Shown one piece after another: positions 40,020-54,650 of a stretch of 64,000 bases of DNA. The notes under the pieces were generated by a model. The model saw nothing but the letters and a program-made list of their open reading frames with translations, ran no database searches and was not told the DNA's origin. A program made the position numbers and the translations under genes. Source of the stretch: Eledone cirrhosa (taxonomy: Eukaryota); contig OZ024743.1 of the NCBI GenBank assembly GCA_964016885.1, positions 354,578,001 to 354,642,000 of the forward strand, given 5' to 3'. Numbering within the stretch: the first letter of the stretch is position 1; every line of letters begins with the position of its first letter.

Positions 40020-43000
40020 CCTCATGCTGGTTGTTGTTGGTGGTAGAGATTGAAGTTTTTATGATTCTGGTAATGGTGATGCGGATGATTGTCCTCATGC
40101 TGGTTGTTGTTGGTGGTAGAGATTGAGGTTTTTGTAATTCTGGTAATGGTGATGCTGATGATTGTCCTCATGCTGGTTGTTGTTGGTGGTAGAGATTGAG
40201 GTTTTTGTAATTCTGGTAATGGTGATACTGATGATTGTCCGCATGCTGGTTGTTGTTGGTGGTAGAGATTGAGGTTTTTGTGATTCTTGTAATGGTGATG
40301 CTGATGATTGTCCTCATGCTGGTTGTTGTTGGTGGTAGAGATTGAGGTTTTTTGTGGTTCTGGTAATGGTGATGCTGATGATTGTGCTTATGGTGGTTGT
40401 TGTTGGTGGTAGAGATTGAGGTTTTTTGTGGTTCTGGTAATGGTGATGCTGATGATTGTGCTCATGGTGGTTGTTGTTGGTGGTAGAGATTGAGGTTTTT
40501 GTGATTCTGGTAATGGTGATTCTGATGATTGTCTTCATGCTGGTTGTTGTTGGTGGTAGAGATTGAGGTTTTTTGTGGTTCTGGTAATGGTGATGCTGAT
40601 GATTGTCCTCATGCTGGTTGTTGTTGGTGGTAGAGATTGAGGTTTTTGTGATTCTGGTAATGGTGATGCTGATGATTGTCCTCATGCTGGTTGTTGCTGG
40701 TGGTAGGGATTGAGGTTTTTGTGATTCTGGTAATGGTGATGCTGATGATTGTCCTCATGCTGGTTGTTGTTGGTGGTAGAGATTGAGGTTTTTGTGATTC
40801 TGGTAATGGTGATGCTGATGATTGTCCTCATGCTGGTTGTTGTTGGTGGTAGAGATTGAGGTTTTTGTGATTCTGGTAATGGTGATGCTGACGATTGTCC
40901 TCATGCTGGTTGTTGGTGGTGGTAGAGATTGAGGTTTTTGTGATTCTGGTAATGGTGATGCTGATGATTGTCCTCATGCTGGTTGTTGTTGGTGGTAGAG
41001 ATTGAGGTTTTTATGATTCTGGTAATGGTGATGCGGATGATTGTCCTCATGCTGGTTGTTGTTGGTGGTAGAGATTGAGGTTTTTGTGATTCTGGTAATG
41101 GTGATGCTGATGATTGTCCTCATGCTGGTTGTTGTTGGTGGTAGAGATTTAGGTTTTTATGATTCTGGTAATGGTGATGCTGATGATTGTCCTCATGCTG
41201 GTTGTTGTTGGTGGTAGAGATTGAGGTTTTTGTGATTCTGGTAATGGTGATGCTGATGATTGTCCTCATGCTGGTTGTTGTTGGTGGTAGAGATTGAGGT
41301 TTTTGTGATTCTGGTAATGGTGATGCTGATGATTGTCCTCATGCTGGTTGTTGTTGGTGGTAGAGATTAAGGTCTTTGTGATTCTGGTAATGGTGATGCT
41401 GATGATTGTCCTCATGCTGGTTGTTGTTGGTGGTAGAGATTGAGATTTTTGTGATTCTGGTAATGGTGAATCTGATGATTGTCCTCAAGCTGGTTGTTGT
41501 TGGTGGTAGAGATTGAGGTTTTTGTAATTCTGGTAATGGTGATTCTGAAGATTGTGCTGATGCTGGTTGTTGTTGGTGGTAGAGATTGAGGTTTTTGTGA
41601 TTCTGGTAATGGTGATGCTGATGATTGTCCTCATGCTGGTTGTTGGTGGTGATAGAGATTGAGGTTTTTGTGATTCTGGTAGTGGTGATGCTGATGATTG
41701 TCCTCATGCTGGTTGTTGTTGGTGGTAGAGATTGAGGTTTTTGTGATTCTGGTAATGGTGATGCTGATGATTGTCCTCATGCTGGTTGTTGTTGGTGGTA
41801 GAGATTGAGGTTTTTGTGATTCTGGTAATGGTGATGCTGATGATTGTCCTCATGCTGGTTGTTGTTGGTGGTAGAGATTGAGGATTTTGCGATTCTGGTA
41901 ATGGTGATGCTGATGATTATCCTCATGCTGGTTGTTGTTGGTGGTAGAGATTGAGGTTTTTGTGATTCTGGTAATGGTGATGCTGATGATTGTCCTCATG
42001 CTGGTTGTTGTTGGTGCTAGAGATTGAGGTTTTTGTGATTCTGGTAATGGTGATGCTGATGATTGTCCTCATGCTGGTTGTTGTTGGTGGTAGAGATTGA
42101 GGTTTTTGTGATTCTGGTAATGGTGATGCTGATGATTGTCCTCATGCTGGTTGTTTTTGGTGGTAGAGATTGAGGTTTTTGTGATTCTGGTAATGGTGAT
42201 GCTGATGATTGTCCTCATGCTGGTTGTTGGTGGTGGTAGAGATTGAGGTTTTTGTGATTCTGGTAGTGGTGATGCTGATGATTGTCCTCATGCTGGTTGT
42301 TGTTGGTGGTAGAGATTGAGGTTTTTGTGGTTCTGGTAATGGTGATGCTGATGATTGTGCTCATGGTGGTTGTTGTTGGTGGTAGAGATTGAGGTTTTTG
42401 TGATTCTGGTAATGGTGATTCTGATGATTGTCTTCATGCTGGTTGTTGTTGGTGGTAGAGATTGAGGTTTTTTGTGGTTCTGGTAATGGTGATGCTGATG
42501 ATTGTCCTCATGCTGGTTGTTGTTGGTGGTAGAGATTGAGGTTTTTGTGATTCTGGTAATGGTGATGCTGATGATTGTCCTCATGCTGGTTGTTGCTGGT
42601 GGTAGGGATTGAGGTTTTTGTGATTCTGGTAATGGTGATGCTGATGATTGTCCTCATGCTGGTTGTTGTTGGTGGTAGAGATTGAGGTTTTTGTGATTCT
42701 GGTAATGGTGATGCTGATGATTGTCCTCATGCTGGTTGTTGTTGGTGGTAGAGATTGAGGTTTTTGTGATTCTGGTAATGGTGATGCTGATGATTGTCCT
42801 CATGCTGGTTGTTGGTGGTGGTAGAGATTGAGGTTTTTGTGATTCTGGTAATGGTGATGCTGATGATTGTCCTCATGCTGGTTGTTGTTGGTCGTAGAGA
42901 TTGAGGTTTTTATGATTCTGGTAATGGTGATGCGGATGATTGTCCTCATGCTGGTTGTTGTTGGTGGTAGAGATTGAGGTTTTTGTGATTCTGGTAATGG

Positions 43001-46000
43001 TGATGCTGATGATTGTCCTCATGCTGGTTGTTGTTGGTGGTAGAGATTTAGGTTTTTATGATTCTGGTAATGGTGATGCTGATGATTGTCCTCATGCTGG
43101 TTGTTGTTGGTGGTAGAGATTGAGGTTTTTGTGATTCTGGTAATGGTGATGCTGATGATTGTCCTCATGCTGGTTGTTGTTGGTGGTAGAGATTGAGGTT
43201 TTTGTGATTCTGGTAATGGTGAATCTGATGATTGTCCTCAAGCTGGTTGTTGTTGGTGGTAGAGATTGAGGTTTTTGTAATTCTGGTAATGGTGATGCTG
43301 ATGATTGTCCTCATGCTGGTTGTTGTTGGTGGTAGAGATTGAGGTTTTTGTAATTCTGGTAATGGTGATACTGATGATTGTCCTCATGCTGGTTGTTGTT
43401 GGTGGTAGAGATTGAGGTTTTTGTGATTCTTGTAATGGTGATGCTGATGATTGTCCTCATGCTGGTTGTTGTTGGTGGTAGAGATTGAGGTTTTTTGTGG
43501 TTCTGGTAATGGTGATGCTGATGATTGTGCTTATGGTGGTTGTTGTTGGTGGTAGAGATTGAGGTTTTTTGTGGTTCTGGTAATGGTGATGCTGATGATT
43601 GTGCTCATGGTGGTTGTTGTTGGTGGTAGAGATTGAGGTTTTTGTGATTCTGGTAATGGTGATTCTGATGATTGTCTTCATGCTGGTTGTTGTTGGTGGT
43701 AGAGATTGAGGTTTTTTGTGGTTCTGGTAATGGTGATGCTGATGATTGTCCTCATGCTGGTTGTTGTTGGTGGTAGAGATTGAGGTTTTTGTGATTCTGG
43801 TAATGGTGATGCTGATGATTGTCCTCATGCTGGTTGTTGCTGGTGGTAGGGATTGAGGTTTTTGTGATTCTGGTAATGGTGATGCTGATGATTGTCCTCA
43901 TGCTGGTTGTTGTTGGTGGTAGAGATTGAGGTTTTTGTGATTCTGGTAATGGTGATGCTGATGATTGTCCTCATGCTGGTTGTTGTTGGTGGTAGAGATT
44001 GAGGTTTTTGTGATTCTGGTAATGGTGATGCTGATGATTGTCCTCATGCTGGTTGTTGGTGGTGGTAGAGATTGAGGTTTTTGTGATTCTGGTAATGGTG
44101 ATGCTGATGATTGTCCTCATGCTGGTTGTTGTTGGTGGTAGAGATTGAGGTTTTTGTGATTCTGGTAGTGGTGATGCTGATGATTGTCCTCATGCTGGTT
44201 GTTGTTGGTGGTAGAGATTGAGGTTTTTGTGATTCTGGTAATGGTGATGCTGATGATTGTGCTCATGGTGGTTGTTGTTGGTAGTAGAGATTGAGGTTTT
44301 TGTGATTCTGGTAATGGTGATTCTGATGATTGTCTTCATGCTGGTTGTTGTTGGTGGTAGAGATTGAGGTTTTTTGTGGTTCTGGTAATGGTGATGCTGA
44401 TGATTGTCCTCATGCTGGTTGTTGTTGGTGGTAGAGATTGAGGTTTTTGTGATTCTGGTAATGGTGATGCTGATGATTGTCCTCATGCTGGTTGTTGCTG
44501 GTGGTAGGGATTGAGGTTTTTGTGATTCTGGTAATGGTGATGCTGATGATTGTCCTCATGCTGGTTGTTGTTGGTGGTAGAGATTGAGGTTTTTGTGATT
44601 CTGGTAATGGTGATGCTGATGATTGTCCTCATGCTGGTTGTTGTTGGTGGTAGAGATTGAGGTTTTTGTGATTCTGGTAATGGTGATGCTGATGATTGTC
44701 CTCATGCTGGTTGTTGGTGGTGGTAGAGATTGAGGTTTTTGTGATTCTGGTAATGGTGATGCTGATGATTGTCCTCATGCTGGTTGTTGTTGGTGGTAGA
44801 GATTGAGGTTTTTATGATTCTGGTAATGGTGATGCGGATGATTGTCCTCATGCTGGTTGTTGTTGGTGGTAGAGATTGAGGTTTTTGTGATTCTGGTAAT
44901 GGTGATGCTGATGATTGTCCTCATGCTGGTTGTTGTTGGTGGTAGAGATTTAGGTTTTTATGATTCTGGTAATGGTGATGCTGATGATTGTCCTCATGCT
45001 GGTTGTTGTTGGTGGTAGAGATTGAGGTTTTTGTGATTCTGGTAATGGTGATGCTGATGATTGTCCTCATGCTGGTTGTTGTTGGTGGTAGAGATTGAGG
45101 TTTTTGTGATTCTGGTAATGGTGATGCTGATGATTGTCCTCATGCTGGTTGTTGCTGGTGGTAGGGATTGAGGTTTTTGTGATTCTGGTAATGGTGATGC
45201 TGATGATTGTCCTCATGCTGGTTGTTGTTGGTGGTAGAGATTGAGGTTTTTGTGATTCTGGTAATGGTGATGCTGATGATTGTCCTCATGCTGGTTGTTG
45301 TTGGTGGTAGAGATTGAGGTTTTTGTGATTCTGGTAATGGTGATGCTGATGATTGTCCTCATGCTGGTTGTTGGTGGTGGTAGAGATTGAGGTTTTTGTG
45401 ATTCTGGTAATGGTGATGCTGATGATTGTCCTCATGCTGGTTGTTGTTGGTGGTAGAGATTGAGGTTTTTATGATTCTGGTAATGGTGATGCGGATGATT
45501 GTCCTCATGCTGGTTGTTGTTGGTGGTAGAGATTGAGGTTTTTGTGATTCTGGTAATGGTGATGCTGATGATTGTCCTCATGCTGGTTGTTGTTGGTGGT
45601 AGAGATTGAAGTTTTTATGATTCTGGTAATGGTGATGCGGATGATTGTCCTCATGCTGGTTGTTGTTGGTGGTAGAGATTGAGGTTTTTGTAATTCTGGT
45701 AATGGTGATGCTGATGATTGTCCTCATGCTGGTTGTTGTTGGTGGTAGAGATTGAGGTTTTTGTAATTCTGGTAATGGTGATACTGATGATTGTCCGCAT
45801 GCTGGTTGTTGTTGGTGGTAGAGATTGAGGTTTTTGTGATTCTTGTAATGGTGATGCTGATGATTGTCCTCATGCTGGTTGTTGTTGGTGGTAGAGATTG
45901 AGGTTTTTTGTGGTTCTGGTAATGGTGATGCTGATGATTGTGCTTATGGTGGTTGTTGTTGGTGGTAGAGATTGAGGTTTTTTGTGGTTCTGGTAATGGT

Positions 46001-49000
46001 GATGCTGATGATTGTGCTCATGGTGGTTGTTGTTGGTGGTAGAGATTGAGGTTTTTGTGATTCTGGTAATGGTGATTCTGATGATTGTCTTCATGCTGGT
46101 TGTTGTTGGTGGTAGAGATTGAGGTTTTTTGTGGTTCTGGTAATGGTGATGCTGATGATTGTCCTCATGCTGGTTGTTGTTGGTGGTAGAGATTGAGGTT
46201 TTTGTGATTCTGGTAATGGTGATGCTGATGATTGTCCTCATGCTGGTTGTTGCTGGTGGTAGGGATTGAGGTTTTTGTGATTCTGGTAATGGTGATGCTG
46301 ATGATTGTCCTCATGCTGGTTGTTGTTGGTGGTAGAGATTGAGGTTTTTGTGATTCTGGTAATGGTGATGCTGATGATTGTCCTCATGCTGGTTGTTGTT
46401 GGTGGTAGAGATTGAGGTTTTTGTGATTCTGGTAATGGTGATGCTGATGATTGTCCTCATGCTGGTTGTTGGTGGTGGTAGAGATTGAGGTTTTTGTGAT
46501 TCTGGTAATGGTGATGCTGATGATTGTCCTCATGCTGGTTGTTGTTGGTGGTAGAGATTGAGGTTTTTATGATTCTGGTAATGGTGATGCGGATGATTGT
46601 CCTCATGCTGGTTGTTGTTGGTGGTAGAGATTGAGGTTTTTGTGATTCTGGTAATGGTGATGCTGATGATTGTCCTCATGCTGGTTGTTGTTGGTGGTAG
46701 AGATTTAGGTTTTTATGATTCTGGTAATGGTGATGCTGATGATTGTCCTCATGCTGGTTGTTGTTGGTGGTAGAGATTGAGGTTTTTGTGATTCTGGTAA
46801 TGGTGATGCTGATGATTGTCCTCATGCTGGTTGTTGTTGGTGGTAGAGATTGAGGTTTTTGTGATTCTGGTAATGGTGATGCTGATGATTGTCCTCATGC
46901 TGGTTGTTGTTGGTGGTAGAGATTAAGGTCTTTGTGATTCTGGTAATGGTGATGCTGATGATTGTCCTCATGCTGGTTGTTGTTGGTGGTAGAGATTGAG
47001 ATTTTTGTGATTCTGGTAATGGTGAATCTGATGATTGTCCTCAAGCTGGTTGTTGTTGGTGGTAGAGATTGAGGTTTTTGTAATTCTGGTAATGGTGATT
47101 CTGAAGATTGTGCTGATGCTGGTTGTTGTTGGTGGTAGAGATTGAGGTTTTTGTGATTCTGGTAATGGTGATGCTGATGATTGTCCTCATGCTGGTTGTT
47201 GGTGGTGATAGAGATTGAGGTTTTTGTGATTCTGGTAGTGGTGATGCTGATGATTGTCCTCATGCTGGTTGTTGTTGGTGGTAGAGATTGAGGTTTTTGT
47301 GATTCTGGTAATGGTGATGCTGATGATTGTCCTCATGCTGGTTGTTGTTGGTGGTAGAGATTGAGGTTTTTGTGATTCTGGTAATGGTGATGCTGATGAT
47401 TGTCCTCATGCTGGTTGTTGTTGGTGGTAGAGATTGAGGATTTTGCGATTCTGGTAATGGTGATGCTGATGATTATCCTCATGCTGGTTGTTGTTGGTGG
47501 TAGAGATTGAGGTTTTTGTGATTCTGGTAATGGTGATGCTGATGATTGTCCTCATGCTGGTTGTTGTTGGTGCTAGAGATTGAGGTTTTTGTGATTCTGG
47601 TAATGGTGATGCTGATGATTGTCCTCATGCTGGTTGTTGTTGGTGGTAGAGATTGAGGTTTTTGTGATTCTGGTAATGGTGATGCTGATGATTGTCCTCA
47701 TGCTGGTTGTTTTTGGTGGTAGAGATTGAGGTTTTTGTGATTCTGGTAATGGTGATGCTGATGATTGTCCTCATGCTGGTTGTTGGTGGTGGTAGAGATT
47801 GAGGTTTTTGTGATTCTGGTAGTGGTGATGCTGATGATTGTCCTCATGCTGGTTGTTGTTGGTGGTAGAGATTGAGGTTTTTGTGGTTCTGGTAATGGTG
47901 ATGCTGATGATTGTGCTCATGGTGGTTGTTGTTGGTGGTAGAGATTGAGGTTTTTGTGATTCTGGTAATGGTGATTCTGATGATTGTCTTCATGCTGGTT
48001 GTTGTTGGTGGTAGAGATTGAGGTTTTTTGTGGTTCTGGTAATGGTGATGCTGATGATTGTCCTCATGCTGGTTGTTGTTGGTGGTAGAGATTGAGGTTT
48101 TTGTGATTCTGGTAATGGTGATGCTGATGATTGTCCTCATGCTGGTTGTTGCTGGTGGTAGGGATTGAGGTTTTTGTGATTCTGGTAATGGTGATGCTGA
48201 TGATTGTCCTCATGCTGGTTGTTGTTGGTGGTAGAGATTGAGGTTTTTGTGATTCTGGTAATGGTGATGCTGATGATTGTCCTCATGCTGGTTGTTGTTG
48301 GTGGTAGAGATTGAGGTTTTTGTGATTCTGGTAATGGTGATGCTGATGATTGTCCTCATGCTGGTTGTTGGTGGTGGTAGAGATTGAGGTTTTTGTGATT
48401 CTGGTAATGGTGATGCTGATGATTGTCCTCATGCTGGTTGTTGTTGGTCGTAGAGATTGAGGTTTTTATGATTCTGGTAATGGTGATGCGGATGATTGTC
48501 CTCATGCTGGTTGTTGTTGGTGGTAGAGATTGAGGTTTTTGTGATTCTGGTAATGGTGATGCTGATGATTGTCCTCATGCTGGTTGTTGTTGGTGGTAGA
48601 GATTTAGGTTTTTATGATTCTGGTAATGGTGATGCTGATGATTGTCCTCATGCTGGTTGTTGTTGGTGGTAGAGATTGAGGTTTTTGTGATTCTGGTAAT
48701 GGTGATGCTGATGATTGTCCTCATGCTGGTTGTTGTTGGTGGTAGAGATTGAGGTTTTTGTGATTCTGGTAATGGTGAATCTGATGATTGTCCTCAAGCT
48801 GGTTGTTGTTGGTGGTAGAGATTGAGGTTTTTGTAATTCTGGTAATGGTGATGCTGATGATTGTCCTCATGCTGGTTGTTGTTGGTGGTAGAGATTGAGG
48901 TTTTTGTAATTCTGGTAATGGTGATACTGATGATTGTCCTCATGCTGGTTGTTGTTGGTGGTAGAGATTGAGGTTTTTGTGATTCTTGTAATGGTGATGC

Positions 49001-52000
49001 TGATGATTGTCCTCATGCTGGTTGTTGTTGGTGGTAGAGATTGAGGTTTTTTGTGGTTCTGGTAATGGTGATGCTGATGATTGTGCTTATGGTGGTTGTT
49101 GTTGGTGGTAGAGATTGAGGTTTTTTGTGGTTCTGGTAATGGTGATGCTGATGATTGTGCTCATGGTGGTTGTTGTTGGTGGTAGAGATTGAGGTTTTTG
49201 TGATTCTGGTAATGGTGATTCTGATGATTGTCTTCATGCTGGTTGTTGTTGGTGGTAGAGATTGAGGTTTTTTGTGGTTCTGGTAATGGTGATGCTGATG
49301 ATTGTCCTCATGCTGGTTGTTGTTGGTGGTAGAGATTGAGGTTTTTGTGATTCTGGTAATGGTGATGCTGATGATTGTCCTCATGCTGGTTGTTGCTGGT
49401 GGTAGGGATTGAGGTTTTTGTGATTCTGGTAATGGTGATGCTGATGATTGTCCTCATGCTGGTTGTTGTTGGTGGTAGAGATTGAGGTTTTTGTGATTCT
49501 GGTAATGGTGATGCTGATGATTGTCCTCATGCTGGTTGTTGTTGGTGGTAGAGATTGAGGTTTTTGTGATTCTGGTAATGGTGATGCTGATGATTGTCCT
49601 CATGCTGGTTGTTGGTGGTGGTAGAGATTGAGGTTTTTGTGATTCTGGTAATGGTGATGCTGATGATTGTCCTCATGCTGGTTGTTGTTGGTGGTAGAGA
49701 TTGAGGTTTTTGTGATTCTGGTAGTGGTGATGCTGATGATTGTCCTCATGCTGGTTGTTGTTGGTGGTAGAGATTGAGGTTTTTGTGATTCTGGTAATGG
49801 TGATGCTGATGATTGTGCTCATGGTGGTTGTTGTTGGTAGTAGAGATTGAGGTTTTTGTGATTCTGGTAATGGTGATTCTGATGATTGTCTTCATGCTGG
49901 TTGTTGTTGGTGGTAGAGATTGAGGTTTTTTGTGGTTCTGGTAATGGTGATGCTGATGATTGTCCTCATGCTGGTTGTTGTTGGTGGTAGAGATTGAGGT
50001 TTTTGTGATTCTGGTAATGGTGATGCTGATGATTGTCCTCATGCTGGTTGTTGCTGGTGGTAGGGATTGAGGTTTTTGTGATTCTGGTAATGGTGATGCT
50101 GATGATTGTCCTCATGCTGGTTGTTGTTGGTGGTAGAGATTGAGGTTTTTGTGATTCTGGTAATGGTGATGCTGATGATTGTCCTCATGCTGGTTGTTGT
50201 TGGTGGTAGAGATTGAGGTTTTTGTGATTCTGGTAATGGTGATGCTGATGATTGTCCTCATGCTGGTTGTTGGTGGTGGTAGAGATTGAGGTTTTTGTGA
50301 TTCTGGTAATGGTGATGCTGATGATTGTCCTCATGCTGGTTGTTGTTGGTGGTAGAGATTGAGGTTTTTATGATTCTGGTAATGGTGATGCGGATGATTG
50401 TCCTCATGCTGGTTGTTGTTGGTGGTAGAGATTGAGGTTTTTGTGATTCTGGTAATGGTGATGCTGATGATTGTCCTCATGCTGGTTGTTGTTGGTGGTA
50501 GAGATTTAGGTTTTTATGATTCTGGTAATGGTGATGCTGATGATTGTCCTCATGCTGGTTGTTGTTGGTGGTAGAGATTGAGGTTTTTGTGATTCTGGTA
50601 ATGGTGATGCTGATGATTGTCCTCATGCTGGTTGTTGTTGGTGGTAGAGATTGAGGTTTTTGTGATTCTGGTAATGGTGATGCTGATGATTGTCCTCATG
50701 CTGGTTGTTGCTGGTGGTAGGGATTGAGGTTTTTGTGATTCTGGTAATGGTGATGCTGATGATTGTCCTCATGCTGGTTGTTGTTGGTGGTAGAGATTGA
50801 GGTTTTTGTGATTCTGGTAATGGTGATGCTGATGATTGTCCTCATGCTGGTTGTTGTTGGTTGTAGAGATTGAGGTTTTTGTGATTCTGGTAATGGTGAT
50901 GCTGATGATTGTCCTCATGCTGGTTGTTGGTGGTGGTAGAGATTGAGGTTTTTGTGATTCTGGTAATGGTGATGCTGATGATTGTCCTCATGCTGGTTGT
51001 TGTTGGTGGTAGAGATTGAGGTTTTTATGATTCTGGTAATGGTGATGCGGATGATTGTCCTCATGCTGGTTGTTGTTGGTGGTAGAGATTGAGGTTTTTG
51101 TGATTCTGGTAATGGTGATGCTGATGATTGTCCTCATGCTGGTTGTTGTTGGTGGTAGAGATTTAGGTTTTTATGATTCTGGTAATGGTGATGCTGATGA
51201 TTGTCCTCATGCTGGTTGTTGTTGGTGGTAGAGATTGAGGTTTTTGTGATTCTGGTAATGGTGATGCTGATGATTGTCCTCATGCTGGTTGTTGTTGGTG
51301 GTAGAGATTGAGGTTTTTGTGATTCTGGTAATGGTGATGCTGATGATTGTCCTCATGCTGGTTGTTGTTGGTGGTAGAGATTAAGGTCTTTGTGATTCTG
51401 GTAATGGTGATGCTGATGATTGTCCTCATGCTGGTTGTTGTTGGTGGTAGAGATTGAGATTTTTGTGATTCTGGTAATGGTGAATCTGATGATTGTCCTC
51501 AAGCTGGTTGTTGTTGGTGGTAGAGATTGAGGTTTTTGTAATTCTGGTAATGGTGATTCTGAAGATTGTGCTGATGCTGGTTGTTGTTGGTGGTAGAGAT
51601 TGAGGTTTTTGTGATTCTGGTAATGGTGATGCTGATGATTGTCCTCATGCTGGTTGTTGGTGGTGATAGAGATTGAGGTTTTTGTGATTCTGGTAGTGGT
51701 GATGCTGATGATTGTCCTCATGCTGGTTGTTGTTGGTGGTAGAGATTGAGGTTTTTGTGATTCTGGTAATGGTGATGCTGATGATTGTCCTCATGCTGGT
51801 TGTTGTTGGTGGTAGAGATTGAGGTTTTTGTGATTCTGGTAATGGTGATGCTGATGATTGTCCTCATGCTGGTTGTTGTTGGTGGTAGAGATTGAGGATT
51901 TTGCGATTCTGGTAATGGTGATGCTGATGATTGTCCTCATGCTGGTTGTTGTTGGTGGTAGAGATTGAGGTTTTTGTGATTCTGGTAATGGTGATGCTGA

Positions 52001-54650
52001 TGATTGTCCTCATGCTGGTTGTTGTTGGTGCTAGAGATTGAGGTTTTTGTGATTCTGGTAATGGTGATGCTGATGATTGTCCTCATGCTGGTTGTTGTTG
52101 GTGGTAGAGATTGAGGTTTTTGTGATTCTGGTAATGGTGATGCTGATGATTGTCCTCATGCTGGTTGTTTTTGGTGGTAGAGATTGAGGTTTTTGTGATT
52201 CTGGTAATGGTGATGCTGATGATTGTCCTCATGCTGGTTGTTGGTGGTGGTAGAGATTGAGGTTTTTGTGATTCTGGTAGTGGTGATGCTGATGATTGTC
52301 CTCATGCTGGTTGTTGTTGGTGGTAGAGATTGAGGTTTTTGTGGTTCTGGTAATGGTGATGCTGATGATTGTGCTCATGGTGGTTGTTGTTGGTGGTAGA
52401 GATTGAGGTTTTTGTGATTCTGGTAATGGTGATTCTGATGATTGTCTTCATGCTGGTTGTTGTTGGTGGTAGAGATTGAGGTTTTTTGTGGTTCTGGTAA
52501 TGGTGATGCTGATGATTGTCCTCATGCTGGTTGTTGTTGGTGGTAGAGATTGAGGTTTTTGTGATTCTGGTAATGGTGATGCTGATGATTGTCCTCATGC
52601 TGGTTGTTGCTGGTGGTAGGGATTGAGGCTTTTGTGATTCTGGTAATGGTGATGCTGATGATTGTCCTCATGCTGGTTGTTGTTGGTGGTAGAGATTGAG
52701 GTTTTTGTGATTCTGGTAATGGTGATGCTGATGATTGTCCTCATGCTGGTTGTTGTTGGTGGTAGAGATTGAGGTTTTTGTGATTCTGGTAATGGTGATG
52801 CTGATGATTGTCCTCATGCTGGTTGTTGGTGGTGGTAGAGATTGAGGTTTTTGTGATTCTGGTAATGGTGATGCTGATGATTGTCCTCATGCTGGTTGTT
52901 GTTGGTCGTAGAGATTGAGGTTTTTATGATTCTGGTAATGGTGATGCGGATGATTGTCCTCATGCTGGTTGTTGTTGGTGGTAGAGATTGAGGTTTTTGT
53001 GATTCTGGTAATGGTGATGCTGATGATTGTCCTCATGCTGGTTGTTGTTGGTGGTAGAGATTTAGGTTTTTATGATTCTGGTAATGGTGATGCTGATGAT
53101 TGTCCTCATGCTGGTTGTTGTTGGTGGTAGAGATTGAGGTTTTTGTGATTCTGGTAATGGTGATGCTGATGATTGTCCTCATGCTGGTTGTTGTTGGTGG
53201 TAGAGATTGAGGTTTTTGTGATTCTGGTAATGGTGAATCTGATGATTGTCCTCAAGCTGGTTGTTGTTGGTGGTAGAGATTGAGGTTTTTGTAATTCTGG
53301 TAATGGTGATGCTGATGATTGTCCTCATGCTGGTTGTTGTTGGTGGTAGAGATTGAGGTTTTTGTAATTCTGGTAATGGTGATACTGATGATTGTCCTCA
53401 TGCTGGTTGTTGTTGGTGGTAGAGATTGAGGTTTTTGTGATTCTTGTAATGGTGATGCTGATGATTGTCCTCATGCTGGTTGTTGTTGGTGGTAGAGATT
53501 GAGGTTTTTTGTGGTTCTGGTAATGGTGATGCTGATGATTGTGCTTATGGTGGTTGTTGTTGGTGGTAGAGATTGAGGTTTTTTGTGGTTCTGGTAATGG
53601 TGATGCTGATGATTGTGCTCATGGTGGTTGTTGTTGGTGGTAGAGATTGAGGTTTTTGTGATTCTGGTAATGGTGATTCTGATGATTGTCTTCATGCTGG
53701 TTGTTGTTGGTGGTAGAGATTGAGGTTTTTTGTGGTTCTGGTAATGGTGATGCTGATGATTGTCCTCATGCTGGTTGTTGTTGGTGGTAGAGATTGAGGT
53801 TTTTGTGATTCTGGTAATGGTGATGCTGATGATTGTCCTCATGCTGGTTGTTGCTGGTGGTAGGGATTGAGGTTTTTGTGATTCTGGTAATGGTGATGCT
53901 GATGATTGTCCTCATGCTGGTTGTTGTTGGTGGTAGAGATTGAGGTTTTTGTGATTCTGGTAATGGTGATGCTGATGATTGTCCTCATGCTGGTTGTTGT
54001 TGGTGGTAGAGATTGAGGTTTTTGTGATTCTGGTAATGGTGATGCTGATGATTGTCCTCATGCTGGTTGTTGGTGGTGGTAGAGATTGAGGTTTTTGTGA
54101 TTCTGGTAATGGTGATGCTGATGATTGTCCTCATGCTGGTTGTTGTTGGTGGTAGAGATTGAGGTTTTTGTGATTCTGGTAGTGGTGATGCTGATGATTG
54201 TCCTCATGCTGGTTGTTGTTGGTGGTAGAGATTGAGGTTTTTGTGATTCTGGTAATGGTGATGCTGATGATTGTGCTCATGGTGGTTGTTGTTGGTAGTA
54301 GAGATTGAGGTTTTTGTGATTCTGGTAATGGTGATTCTGATGATTGTCTTCATGCTGGTTGTTGTTGGTGGTAGAGATTGAGGTTTTTTGTGGTTCTGGT
54401 AATGGTGATGCTGATGATTGTCCTCATGCTGGTTGTTGTTGGTGGTAGAGATTGAGGTTTTTGTGATTCTGGTAATGGTGATGCTGATGATTGTCCTCAT
54501 GCTGGTTGTTGCTGGTGGTAGGGATTGAGGTTTTTGTGATTCTGGTAATGGTGATGCTGATGATTGTCCTCATGCTGGTTGTTGTTGGTGGTAGAGATTG
54601 AGGTTTTTGTGATTCTGGTAATGGTGATGCTGATGATTGTCCTCATGCTG
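40020..54650 (+). repeat. 5556-bp, 76-monomer higher-order repeat: two copies plus a truncated third copy at a 4458-bp (61-monomer) offset
   Basis: GTCCGCAT has its variant G at 40241 and 45797. GATTTTGCGATT has its C at 41890, 47446 and 51904. ORF pairs 40314/45870, 41339/46895, 42288/47844, 43457/49013 and 44190/49746 are offset by 5556 = 76x73+8. Pairs 46895/51353, 47844/52302, 49013/53471 and 49746/54204 are offset by 4458 = 61x73+5. Confidence 0.92.
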
